From an uncultured Christensenella sp. (GTDB lineage: Bacteria > Bacillota > Clostridia > Christensenellales > Borkfalkiaceae): a stretch of 64,000 nucleotides of DNA. Positions within the stretch are counted from its first letter, which is position 1. Each line of letters begins with the position of its first letter. A program made the translations under genes and the position numbers. The notes beneath the pieces were generated by a model that worked only from the letters and a program-made list of their open reading frames with translations, was not told the origin of the DNA and ran no database searches. Below, in pieces: positions 39,075-47,748 of the stretch. The stretch covers positions 554 to 64,553 of the forward strand of contig CAYSYT010000003.1 of NCBI GenBank assembly GCA_964435195.1, given 5' to 3'.

Positions 39075-39776
39075 TTAATCGGAATACGCGCTGTCCTTAC
39101 CCGTTTCGGGAACTAACCCCGCAATATTAAATTCCTCTTCAACGTCAAAGTTTTCGGCGTTTTCGTATGCGGCGAGTTTACTTATCGAAACTTCGTAAGC
39201 CGTCATAACTTTTATATCGTCGTCGGAATATCTTTTTTGATATTCTCTGCTCTGTATTCTGCCCGCCAAAGCGATTTTTTCGCCGACGGCAAGATTTTTT
39301 GCGAATCTTGCATTTCTTCCCCAAGCGATACACGGTATATAATCGGATTTATTGTAAGAGCGGTTAACCGCAATCAATATATCGGCTATTTCCCTGTTAA
39401 AAGGGGTGGTTCTGTATATAGGCGGTTTGCAAATATACCCCGATAGCACTATACTGTTAGGATTTTTCACAATCGCGGTATCTAAAAGTTCTCTGACGAA
39501 TACGGTCAACATCAATTTGCTTTTTCCGTCGACTAATTTGTTGTAACTTCTAAACTGTCCCAAAGCGTTGATAACCGACCCCACTTTAAGGTCCTTGTCG
39601 GCAATAAGCCGTTCGGAAACGGTTACGGGTAATACGTCGCCCTGTCCCGAAAGTCTGCGAACCAAAACGTTCATTTCGTAAAATCCTTCGCCGTACACTT
39701 CGTGCGAAAATTCCGCGTCGGAAAGGATTTCCCCGCTGATAAAAACCTTATTGTTTTTCTCCGTTAAATTGTTCAT
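39075..39776 (-). CDS. SSB-family protein with two OB-fold-like halves
   Basis: Pattern FSHEVYGEGFYE...LPVTVSERL, then NSIVLSGYICKPPIYRTTPFNREIADILIAVNRSYNKSDYIPCIAWGRNA...GRIQSREYQK. The start is set at ATG 39776, 8 nt after a GGAGG. Confidence 0.55.
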   Translation of the reverse strand: MNNLTEKNNKVFISGEILSDAEFSHEVYGEGFYEMNVLVRRLSGQGDVLPVTVSERLIADKDLKVGSVINALGQFRSYNKLVDGKSKLMLTVFVRELLDTAIVKNPNSIVLSGYICKPPIYRTTPFNREIADILIAVNRSYNKSDYIPCIAWGRNARFAKNLAVGEKIALAGRIQSREYQKRYSDDDIKVMTAYEVSISKLAAYENAENFDVEEEFNIAGLVPETGKDSAYSD

Positions 39777-39798
39777 ATATATTTCCTCCAAAGATTTT

Positions 39799-40566
39799 CT
39801 AAACGTTGCTCATCTGCGTGCCGTCTGCCGAAATACGGTAATCGCCTCTATAAATAAGTTCGCCTATCGGCACAAAAACGTAGCCTTCGTTTTTAAGCGT
39901 TGCGATAATATTCGGCAATGCTTCGGCAGTATGCAGTCCGTTATTATGAAACAGCACTATCGACCCGTTTTTAACACGACCGAGCACTCTGTTTTCAATT
40001 TCTTTCGCGCTTAAATTTTTCCAATCCAAACTGTCTACGTCCCATTGAATACTATACAAACCGAGTTCGGACGCCGTGTCTATAAGATTATCGTTATATT
40101 CCCCGTACGGCGGACGAAAAACTTCAACCTTTTTGCCCGTAATGTTCGTTATTGCCTGCGAAGAAGTCGTAAGTTCTTTTACAACCGCCTCTTTGGAAAG
40201 TTTGTTCATATGCGGGTGGGTTGCCGAATGAGTACCTATTTCGTGTCCGTTCGCATCTATTTTTTTAACGAATTCGGGATATTTTTCCGTCCAAAACTCA
40301 ACCATAAAAAAGGTACATTTCACGTCTTCTTTTTTCATTACGTCTAAAAGAGCGTCCGTATAATCCGTTCCCCAAGCGCAATCGAAAGAAATAGCGACCT
40401 TTTTTTCTTCCGTTTTAACACAGTAAATAGGCAATTTTCGGAGCGTTTCCCCGTAAAATACCTGATACGCGCCCGTAACGTCCAACGACAAAAACAAAAC
40501 CGCCGCCGAAAGAAAAACGCATAACGCCGTAATCAATTTTTTCTTGCTTAAAACGACAAAATTCAT
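39799..40566 (-). CDS. polysaccharide deacetylase (PdaB-like, NodB homology domain)
   Basis: N-terminal TM anchor, then FDCAWG...TFFMV...GHEIGTHSATHPHM. The start is set at ATG 40566. Confidence 0.85.
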   Translation of the reverse strand: MNFVVLSKKKLITALCVFLSAAVLFLSLDVTGAYQVFYGETLRKLPIYCVKTEEKKVAISFDCAWGTDYTDALLDVMKKEDVKCTFFMVEFWTEKYPEFVKKIDANGHEIGTHSATHPHMNKLSKEAVVKELTTSSQAITNITGKKVEVFRPPYGEYNDNLIDTASELGLYSIQWDVDSLDWKNLSAKEIENRVLGRVKNGSIVLFHNNGLHTAEALPNIIATLKNEGYVFVPIGELIYRGDYRISADGTQMSNV

Positions 40567-40667
40567 TATAACTTCTTCCGCCTTGATTATTTTGTAATTT
40601 TTTATCGAATTTTGAGAATAACGGTCGAACGGCGTTTTTAACCCCCGCATAAAACCTGTCGATAATA

Positions 40668-40696
40668 AATCTATGCGACGACACTTACGGTTATGA
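40668..40696 (-). promoter_or_regulatory. candidate sigma-E-type sporulation promoter
   Basis: The minus strand reads TCATAAC, a 14-nt spacer, then CATAGATT. For comparison, the B. subtilis sigma-E consensus is kmATATT, 14 nt, CATACAnT. Confidence 0.3.
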
Positions 40697-40704
40697 AAAA
40701 ATAA

Positions 40705-40734
40705 ATAAAAAAAAACCACGGCTTGCCGCGGTTT
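40705..40734 (-). terminator. intrinsic terminator after the 403-aa gene
   Basis: The minus-strand RNA reads aaaccgcgg-caag-ccgugguuu (one mismatch) followed by a U9 run. Confidence 0.55.
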
Positions 40735-40755
40735 TAAAACTTGTTATATTTTGAA

Positions 40756-41967
40756 TTATTGAATATCGTGCCAAACGTTTGCCGCAAACGACTTTTCGTA
40801 AGAAAGCCGTTTTTTCGCCGAAGCGTCACGTCCGTTTTGCGCGTCGTTTAAGGTATAATAATTAAACGTAAGGTCGTCGCCTACAAACTTCAAACTGTTC
40901 TTTTGCAACACGTAAATACACTTATCGCAATCGAGTTTACCGAAACTGTCCTTCATATGGTCTTTCAGGTAAGTAAGATATTCTAATCGTGTCAAATCGG
41001 AAACGACAACGGTAAAATAAAATTGAGGTTTGCCTCCCTCGTATAAATTCTGTCCCAAACCTAAAAATTTTATATTAATATTTTTGGTTTTTAGCCATTC
41101 TTCGTTAAACTTGGTGCGTTTTAATAAACCGTTTTTTATGCAACCTTCGAATAAATACTTTTCGTCTATTATTCCGTTTTCCGGAATTTCGAGTTTTACC
41201 GCTATCGCCGAAGTAACTTTATTTTTAGAAATAGTGGAATCCTTTTTCCTCTGTGGCAAAAGCATTTCACCGTCCGACAAAAATACGAGAGCGTTAATTC
41301 CGACGTGATTAGACATTTTAGATTTTTTCGGCAAAGATATCTCGGGGCCGTACTCGTATACGTCGCGTAAAGTCAAATCGTCCGTAAGACGGAAATCTAT
41401 GGAACGATTCGTTACCAAATGATTGTAAAAACTGCTCCTGCCGAGACGAACGACGTAACCGTCGTTTTCCTTTTCGAAATCGTCCATTCTGATAGTTTCG
41501 CTGTTAGACTTGGAACTTTGACTGTGAGCGAGAAACAGTTCTCTGTAATTGTTCATTACGAATTCGTCGGGTTCGAACCTCGATTCGGGGTTGTCTTCGA
41601 CCCTGATTTTATAACCGTTGTTAACTAACAAATGCTTATACGCAACCAAACATTTGCTCCCGTTGTAAGTAAATTCTTTCCGATTTTCTTCCCCCTTGTA
41701 AATTCTTAAAAGTTTTTCGGTGTCTTCGGTAACCTTGGTCGCGTCTTCGAGATTGCCCAAAATAACGTTGAGTATTCCGATAAAAATTTGCCCGAATAAA
41801 AAACCGATTAAAATGCTGAAAATATCGCTCATTACGTCGCTGTTAAGCACTCCGACCAAAAACAGCAAACCAAAACACAGTAACGCGCTTACAAGATATT
41901 TAACGATATGTTCGCTAACCATAAAAATATACAATTTAATCATTAAATTCTTAAAAAACTTTCTCAT
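40756..41967 (-). CDS. hypothetical protein: N-terminal 2-TM module plus a ~320-aa soluble domain of unknown function
   Basis: 403-aa ORF. Two hydrophobic helices lie within the first ~75 aa. I recognised no catalytic motif. Its start overlaps the upstream oxidoreductase stop by 4 nt. Confidence 0.6.
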   Translation of the reverse strand: MRKFFKNLMIKLYIFMVSEHIVKYLVSALLCFGLLFLVGVLNSDVMSDIFSILIGFLFGQIFIGILNVILGNLEDATKVTEDTEKLLRIYKGEENRKEFTYNGSKCLVAYKHLLVNNGYKIRVEDNPESRFEPDEFVMNNYRELFLAHSQSSKSNSETIRMDDFEKENDGYVVRLGRSSFYNHLVTNRSIDFRLTDDLTLRDVYEYGPEISLPKKSKMSNHVGINALVFLSDGEMLLPQRKKDSTISKNKVTSAIAVKLEIPENGIIDEKYLFEGCIKNGLLKRTKFNEEWLKTKNINIKFLGLGQNLYEGGKPQFYFTVVVSDLTRLEYLTYLKDHMKDSFGKLDCDKCIYVLQKNSLKFVGDDLTFNYYTLNDAQNGRDASAKKRLSYEKSFAANVWHDIQ

Positions 41968-42863
41968 AATTCATCAACCTTAAAAAGTAAAGAATGTATT
42001 CTCCTTGCGCCTTCCGTATCGGGTATACCGTTATATCGACTGAAATAATTATAATAATGTGCTTTAAGCCTCGGCATAAAGGAACAGTCTATAACCGAAC
42101 CGTCGTACGATATTTTTTGTTCGGAATTATCCAAAATCAACCGTTTACCGTCGTAATCCATATACGTTATCTTTTTATCTATACCCTTACGCCATTCGAC
42201 CTCTATCGTAACGGGAACGCCGTCGATAATCAAATCGACTTTTACGTAAATAGGCAATCCGCATTCCGCACACGGTACGGTTTGTTTGTTTATTATTTTA
42301 ACGTCCTCGAACGGAAGCCACGTTTTAAGCATGCTAATCATATTAACGCCGCTGTCTATAAGCGCGCCTTTAAGTTTCCTTTTGAGGGGCAAAATACTTT
42401 TTCCGTCCTCGCTGTACGCATCGCTTACGCTAACGTGAATTTTTTCTATTTTCTTTTTATCGAAACGACGGTTAAATTCCAAAACTTCGCTTCCGAATTG
42501 CCAATGGAACATTACTTCGAAAATTCGACCGTTTTCTTCCGCCGTCTTTTTTAAACAGTCGAAATCGGCAACCGAAAGCACGGCGGGTTTTTCGACTATA
42601 ACGTTAACGCCGTTATTTAGCGCGTACGACGCAATTTCAAAATGAGTTTCCGGAGGCGTTGCTATCAAAACGTAGTCTGATTTTATATCGGCAATCATCT
42701 TTTTATAATCGTTAAAAAAAGCGTAATCGTTAAAAATTTTTCTCGAAAGCGCCGAACTGCATACGTCCGCTACCGCCTTTAATTCAAAATAATCCGATGC
42801 GGTTATACCTTCGAGATAATTTTTGGAAATAGTGCCTAGTCCTATCAAGCAAATGGTTTTCAT
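41964..42863 (-). CDS. Gfo/Idh/MocA family NAD(P)-dependent oxidoreductase
   Basis: N-terminal Rossmann motif MKTICLIGLGTISKNY and the EKP motif (VIVEKPAV). The start is set at ATG 42863 after an AAGGAA RBS. Confidence 0.8.
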   Translation of the reverse strand: MKTICLIGLGTISKNYLEGITASDYFELKAVADVCSSALSRKIFNDYAFFNDYKKMIADIKSDYVLIATPPETHFEIASYALNNGVNVIVEKPAVLSVADFDCLKKTAEENGRIFEVMFHWQFGSEVLEFNRRFDKKKIEKIHVSVSDAYSEDGKSILPLKRKLKGALIDSGVNMISMLKTWLPFEDVKIINKQTVPCAECGLPIYVKVDLIIDGVPVTIEVEWRKGIDKKITYMDYDGKRLILDNSEQKISYDGSVIDCSFMPRLKAHYYNYFSRYNGIPDTEGARRIHSLLFKVDEL

Positions 42864-42889
42864 AATCGATTCCTTAAATTTTTGGTTAT

Positions 42890-42918
42890 ATTTTAACATA
42901 ACCTTTACGCTATGTCAA
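42890..42918 (-). promoter_or_regulatory. sigma-A type promoter of the oxidoreductase / 2-TM operon
   Basis: The minus strand reads TTGACA, a 17-nt spacer, then TAAAAT. Confidence 0.55.
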
Positions 42919-43005
42919 TTTGAAGCAAACAAAAGTTTATCGCAAAAAAATATCGCGTTCATTTTCAAATTCAAACCCGCATACTTTTTTATTTTTCTTT
43001 TAAAA

Positions 43006-43779
43006 TCAAACAGTTATTATATCGTCTTGACTTGCAATTATCCTAATCGTACCTACGTTGCCGGAAACGTCATAGCCGTTTAATTGTATTTCGTTAAGCG
43101 TTGCGCCCGTAAGTTCCGTACCGACACAGTAAAAAAACGAATCGAATTTACCGCTTTTCGTTCTTATCAATAATTGATTTTTAAAAATATCTTTATTTTG
43201 GGTAAAATAATTCCACGGCAATTCCGTTTTTTTCGACGTCGACAAAGTAATATGCGCAAAATTCTGATAAGTTTCCACAACCTCTCCCGAAGAAATTAAA
43301 AACGTCAATTTATGCAAATACGCCGATTGTTTTTCCAAATTTTCGATTCTGTTATTCGTTGCGGATAAAAATTCCGTAATTTGGTTATAATCGTCGTCTT
43401 TCGTAGGCGTTTCCGCAATAAACCCTTCCGAAACGGTAAAAGACGAAACGAAAGTGGCAAGCGTTTCTTGTTCGCAAGAAATATAAAACTGTACGCCGAC
43501 TATACCGCCGCAAGCGGTAATAACGGTAGGAATTTTAATATGCCATACGTTAAAATTAACCCCGTTTTCATCGAAAACACCGTTTAGAGAGTCATTTTCA
43601 AACTTCATAATAAACTTTTCGGTTACCGTGCCGTTCGGAATTTTAAACGCAACGTTAACGACGTTGTTTTCAGACGTCGGACAAACGAAATATAAATCGT
43701 TGGCTTTGGAGGAACCGCGCGCAATCGATTCGGGCAATACCGCCTTTGGCGTGCCGTCGGCATTAAAATAAAAAATCAT
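43006..43779 (-). CDS. hypothetical protein, possibly phage baseplate/tail (BppU-like N-terminal domain)
   Basis: 257 aa. The N-terminal beta-rich segment resembles the BppU N-domain, followed by a short coiled coil (NNRIENLEKQ). The family call is weak. Confidence 0.3.
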   Translation of the reverse strand: MIFYFNADGTPKAVLPESIARGSSKANDLYFVCPTSENNVVNVAFKIPNGTVTEKFIMKFENDSLNGVFDENGVNFNVWHIKIPTVITACGGIVGVQFYISCEQETLATFVSSFTVSEGFIAETPTKDDDYNQITEFLSATNNRIENLEKQSAYLHKLTFLISSGEVVETYQNFAHITLSTSKKTELPWNYFTQNKDIFKNQLLIRTKSGKFDSFFYCVGTELTGATLNEIQLNGYDVSGNVGTIRIIASQDDIITV

Positions 43780-43783
43780 AAAA

Positions 43784-43828
43784 AAATCTCCTTTTTTTGG
43801 GTTATTATGCCATAAAAAAAGGAGATTT
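43784..43828 (-). promoter_or_regulatory. 15-bp perfect inverted repeat that sequesters the Shine-Dalgarno of the 43779 gene (also terminator-like)
   Basis: Arms aaatctccttttttt (43784-43798) and aaaaaaaggagattt (43814-43828) with a 15-nt loop. The proximal arm contains the AGGAG located 8 nt before the ATG. Confidence 0.45.
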
Positions 43829-43861
43829 CAAGTATCGACTGACGATAAAAAACAAAAACCG

Positions 43862-44767
43862 CTAAAAATTTTCAAGCATATACTTGCCTGCTTTATAAAG
43901 CATAACGTTTTCGAGTTCCAACTGTTCTAACGGTCCGTACGGGTTAACTTCGAAACTGAATACGCCGTCAAATTCGATTTTACGTAACGCTTTTACCGTT
44001 GCTTTCCAATCGACGCAACCGAAAAACGGCGGCAAATGACGGTCCATTTCACCGAACCAATCGTTTTGCGCCCCGAAGTTATCGTGTAAATGTAAAACCT
44101 TCAACTGTTTTCCTGCTTTAAGTATAAAACTTTCGACAGATTCGCCGTTTAAAAGGTTAAGATGCCCCACGTCTAAACAACAATAAAGCACGTCGTTACC
44201 GACGGCGTTAACAATCGATAAAAGTTCGTCCGAAGTCGAACACGCCGAAGGCACGACGGCTCTCTTCGTCCAATCGTACGCATAGCAGTTTTCTAACGCA
44301 CCGCGAACACCGTACTCTTGCAGATACGGTTTGATTATTTTGAAAAATTTAACGTTTCTTTCAAAATTCGCCTCCGCAAAAGCCGAATAATCGTACGGAA
44401 CGTTTTCTTTATTTTTAGGATACGGAATATACGGATGATAAACCAAATATTTTACGTTAAGCAGTTTCGCGCGCTTTACGGCTTTTATTTGGCTTTCGAT
44501 ATATTCGGGATTAAAAAGGTCGTCGGGATTTTCCGAATTGTGTCTTATATAGGGCGCGTGCGCCTGATAAAGCGAAACGCCGTACCCTTTAATAATCTCG
44601 TTTAAGCGAGAAAAATACTTTATTTCCTCTTCTTCCGAGCCGCCGTCAAATCCGGCGTTACGCGTCAAATCGAAATCGACGAATTTAAACCCTGCCTCGG
44701 CGGTTTTTTTAACCGCCGACGGCAAATCCAAAATTTTTTCAAACACCATATTCGTTCCGAGTTCCAT
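43862..44767 (-). CDS. sugar phosphate isomerase/epimerase (xylose-isomerase-like TIM barrel)
   Basis: 301 aa; AP_endonuc_2 pattern (HAPY, YLVYHP, LEN, DVGH, HLHDN). Confidence 0.8.
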   Translation of the reverse strand: MELGTNMVFEKILDLPSAVKKTAEAGFKFVDFDLTRNAGFDGGSEEEEIKYFSRLNEIIKGYGVSLYQAHAPYIRHNSENPDDLFNPEYIESQIKAVKRAKLLNVKYLVYHPYIPYPKNKENVPYDYSAFAEANFERNVKFFKIIKPYLQEYGVRGALENCYAYDWTKRAVVPSACSTSDELLSIVNAVGNDVLYCCLDVGHLNLLNGESVESFILKAGKQLKVLHLHDNFGAQNDWFGEMDRHLPPFFGCVDWKATVKALRKIEFDGVFSFEVNPYGPLEQLELENVMLYKAGKYMLENF

Positions 44768-44788
44768 AATCGTTATCTCCTTATTTTA

Positions 44789-46389
44789 TAAAAGGGGAAA
44801 AGTTTTTCCCCTTTTATCGGTTAGTTTTATACTGTCGGTCCGCAAACGAAATCCGTTATATAGAACGTCGTTTTACCTCTGCCGCCTAATCTTATCGAAT
44901 TGTTTGAAGTTCCCTGTCCGTAATAACGTACGGTAACCCAACCCGAGCCTTCGTAACCTTCGGTAAGTTCCTCTCCGTTCATAAAGAATTTAATCGATTC
45001 GCTTTGATTTGTAATATGCGTAGTATTGTTTATATACACGTTCGTAAGTCCCGAACCGTTTTTGGGCATTATACAGAAATCTATATCTTGTAGTGCAGTG
45101 CTGTATACCTTGAATTCGAGATACTCGTAATTACCTATCGTTCCGCCGTTTCTGAGTCCTAATGCGTAATTACCGCCTGTCGAACTTGTATAATACTGCC
45201 ATACGTTGCTTCTGCCTTCGTATTCCCCCACGTAATCCAATACTACCGAACCGTCTCTCGGATTTCCGTTTACTTCAAGAAGCAAAGTGCTTGATTTTCT
45301 CTCGCCTGCGTTAAACACTATATCGTAAGCGTTGTAATAATATACGTCGAGCGTGAGCGTACCGTCGGCTAAAACCGTACCCTTATAAGCGTCCGCCTTG
45401 CCAGAGGGATATACGTTCGAATTATTTCCGCCGAACCACCTATCCGCATAACCGCGACCGTAATCGGTAACACTGCTTCCCGCTACGCCTTTTTTAACGA
45501 CCGTCTCGCGAATTGTATAAGCCGACGGGTTACTTGCCGTTCTTACGTAATGGTTTACCGTATACGTGGTATCGAAGAAGTTGTCTTCTTCCGCAAAATA
45601 CGGTATTCCGTCCGTTCCCGTCTTAAACAACTCGGTATCGAGTCCGCTAAACGCCATATCGGTATCGCTTTGTAAATAAGTAATTACGTTACCCGTATAC
45701 GTTTGCGCGTTTTCGCTTCCGAATACTCCGAGCGACAATCCGCCCATTCTCTTATCCGTACTCATCACCACGTAAACGTTTTCATACGTATTTACAAGCC
45801 CTGCTGCCGAACTTCCGTGTCCGCTTGCCGCGTTAAATCCTACCAACGCTCCGCTGTCTATCACGTTATTTGCTCTTCGAGTCGAAAAATCAACTACGAA
45901 AACACTGTTTTTCACGGTCGCGCCGTACGTCGTTCCCGCTATCATACCTACCGTATTTACGATGTTGTCGAATACGTATCCTCTTACGTAAACGTTTTCG
46001 ACCGTTCCCATAAGTTTTTTTGCAAGTATTCCGCCGCCCGTTATCGCCTCTTGATACAACACCGCATTGTAGAAGCCTACGTTCTTAACTACGCCGTCTT
46101 TACCTACCGTTCCGAACAATCCGTCGCCGTCGTAAATTCCGTTTGCTATTACGTACCCTCTTCCGTCGAACGTACCTTGGAAGCCGCGTGCGTTATCTCT
46201 GTAATACGCTTGTGCGGTCGTTAACGTATCGGGGGTTGCGCTTACTTTAGTGCTTGCCAAATCTATACTGTTACCGAGAACAAAATATCCGCCGTACGCG
46301 TCGGTATCGGCATCTCTTCCGCCCGCCAACGTTTGCAAACTTAACAATTCTTCAGCCGTGGTTATAACCTTCGTTATGAACAAGCCGTC
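44789..46389. repeat. direct repeat copy 1 (1601 nt)
   Basis: Covers the 3' 1563 nt of the 897-aa gene plus the terminator. It matched 47749-49348 at every position I compared, apart from a 1-nt T indel in the hairpin loop. Confidence 0.9.
44790..44815 (-). terminator. hairpin after the 897-aa gene (part of repeat copy 1)
   Basis: aaaagggga/tcccctttt stem. It is identical to the hairpin at 47750-47774 except for one extra T in the loop. Confidence 0.45.
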
Positions 46390-47520
46390 GGTTTCTATAA
46401 TATAGTCTTCGAATTCGATTTTAACGGTTTGATTGTCGTAAGGCTTGCCGTTTTCAAAAGCGGCGGTAACCGTACCCAAACTTAAAGTAACGTTACTTGC
46501 GACCACGCTTCCGACCTTAACCGACGGAGCGTTCGTTATTTCCGCTATTTCTTCGGCTGTAAGCCCCAAATCGTCGGCAAGAGAAAGCGTCATCGTGTTG
46601 TTTGAAAGGTCTACTTCTCCGAGAGAATTTGCTTGTTTTACGTCTTTATCGACACCGCTAACGATAACTTTACGAGCGTATTTACCCGTTTCGTCGGCGG
46701 TAACCGTATACGAAAGACCGTTTTCGAGTTGAACTTCCAACGCTTGAACGTCGTTAGTGAAACTTATTTCCAAAGTTGCGCCTTTTTTAGTAACCGTAAA
46801 ATTATCCTCAACGCTGTATTTGGAATTTTCGTTATAAACGAATTTCAAACTATCGTCAACGTCGTTAAGTCTTTTTACGATACCCGTTTTAGTTACGCTT
46901 ATCGCAGTGGTTTTTCCTACTACCTCGTTTACGCCTGCCAAAAGATTAGCGTCGTTCGTAGTATCTTCTTTATACGCTTTAAGCATAACGGTTGCGGCTG
47001 TTCTTTCGCTACCGCTTACGTTTTGAGTATAATAAGTAGTGCCGTCAACGGTTACGTAACCGCGGTAACTTATGCTTCTGTTATAACTTGCGGCAGGAAT
47101 ATCGTAAAGATAAACTACCGATTGCATAAAGTCGGTATCTTCGGTACATTCCGTCCATAAGTGAGTGGTAACGGTATCTCTTACCGTTTCGGTATTTTTT
47201 GTGAGTTCGCCGCCGCTCAAAACGTCTGTCGGAATGATTAAAGTACCCGTAGATACGCCGTCTTTAATATTGCCGTTGCCGTCTGTAAGTATTTGGTCGT
47301 ATACTTCCTTTTCCAATAAAACGAAGAATCTGATTCCTATCGGATTATTAGTTCTGACCGACGCACCGCCGTTTTTGTAATACGCCGAATCGTTAAAATC
47401 ATCTACGGAAGCGGTACGAACGTCTGCGCTTACGCCCATATAACCGAACGCAGCAAATAAACTTAATAAAAGTACGATAAATAATGTCGAAACTGAAAAT
47501 TTCTTAATCTTTGCCGTCAT
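44827..47520 (-). CDS. large secreted protein: variable N-terminal region plus a conserved GLUG/beta-helix-like and carbohydrate-binding-like C-terminal module
   Basis: 897 aa with a signal peptide. The motif GFQGTFDGRGYVIANG...GLFGTVG is typical of GLUG-type surface proteins. The C-terminal 520 aa are identical to those of the 1685-aa protein. Confidence 0.7.
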   Translation of the reverse strand: MTAKIKKFSVSTLFIVLLLSLFAAFGYMGVSADVRTASVDDFNDSAYYKNGGASVRTNNPIGIRFFVLLEKEVYDQILTDGNGNIKDGVSTGTLIIPTDVLSGGELTKNTETVRDTVTTHLWTECTEDTDFMQSVVYLYDIPAASYNRSISYRGYVTVDGTTYYTQNVSGSERTAATVMLKAYKEDTTNDANLLAGVNEVVGKTTAISVTKTGIVKRLNDVDDSLKFVYNENSKYSVEDNFTVTKKGATLEISFTNDVQALEVQLENGLSYTVTADETGKYARKVIVSGVDKDVKQANSLGEVDLSNNTMTLSLADDLGLTAEEIAEITNAPSVKVGSVVASNVTLSLGTVTAAFENGKPYDNQTVKIEFEDYIIETDGLFITKVITTAEELLSLQTLAGGRDADTDAYGGYFVLGNSIDLASTKVSATPDTLTTAQAYYRDNARGFQGTFDGRGYVIANGIYDGDGLFGTVGKDGVVKNVGFYNAVLYQEAITGGGILAKKLMGTVENVYVRGYVFDNIVNTVGMIAGTTYGATVKNSVFVVDFSTRRANNVIDSGALVGFNAASGHGSSAAGLVNTYENVYVVMSTDKRMGGLSLGVFGSENAQTYTGNVITYLQSDTDMAFSGLDTELFKTGTDGIPYFAEEDNFFDTTYTVNHYVRTASNPSAYTIRETVVKKGVAGSSVTDYGRGYADRWFGGNNSNVYPSGKADAYKGTVLADGTLTLDVYYYNAYDIVFNAGERKSSTLLLEVNGNPRDGSVVLDYVGEYEGRSNVWQYYTSSTGGNYALGLRNGGTIGNYEYLEFKVYSTALQDIDFCIMPKNGSGLTNVYINNTTHITNQSESIKFFMNGEELTEGYEGSGWVTVRYYGQGTSNNSIRLGGRGKTTFYITDFVCGPTV

Positions 47521-47666
47521 TATTCGTTACCTCCGAACCCCGTATAACCCTCGTCCCATTCGGGCGCCCATTGTGTTGCACCGTCGTTGCTTATCGTAAG
47601 AACTTCTTTCGTAACAAATTCGCTGTAATTAAGCCACGGTGTAACGTACTTGTTTTTTTCCTTCAT
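47520..47666 (-). CDS. small ORF (48 aa), translationally coupled to the 897-aa gene
   Basis: ATG at 47666 lies 7 nt after AAGGAGG. Translation: MKEKNKYVTPWLNYSEFVTKEVLTISNDGATQWAPEWDEGYTGFGGNE. Its TAA stop shares an A with the downstream ATG (TAATG). It is too short for the ORF track, whose shortest listed ORF is 60 aa. Confidence 0.5.
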   Translation of the reverse strand: MKEKNKYVTPWLNYSEFVTKEVLTISNDGATQWAPEWDEGYTGFGGNE

Positions 47667-47748
47667 AATTAACCTCCTTACTTTATCAAACCGCAAGCGG
47701 TTATTGATTTTAAAATTTCAATTAAGTCCGTAAGAAATTTAAAACCCG

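Noticed and set aside
45703-46224. A 173-aa plus-strand ORF present twice (also at 48662-49183).
   Set aside because: It is identical only because it lies inside the 1.6-kb duplicated segment. It is antisense to the giant genes, its composition is R/S/Y-rich, and it has no RBS. I treat it as a shadow ORF, not a duplicated gene.
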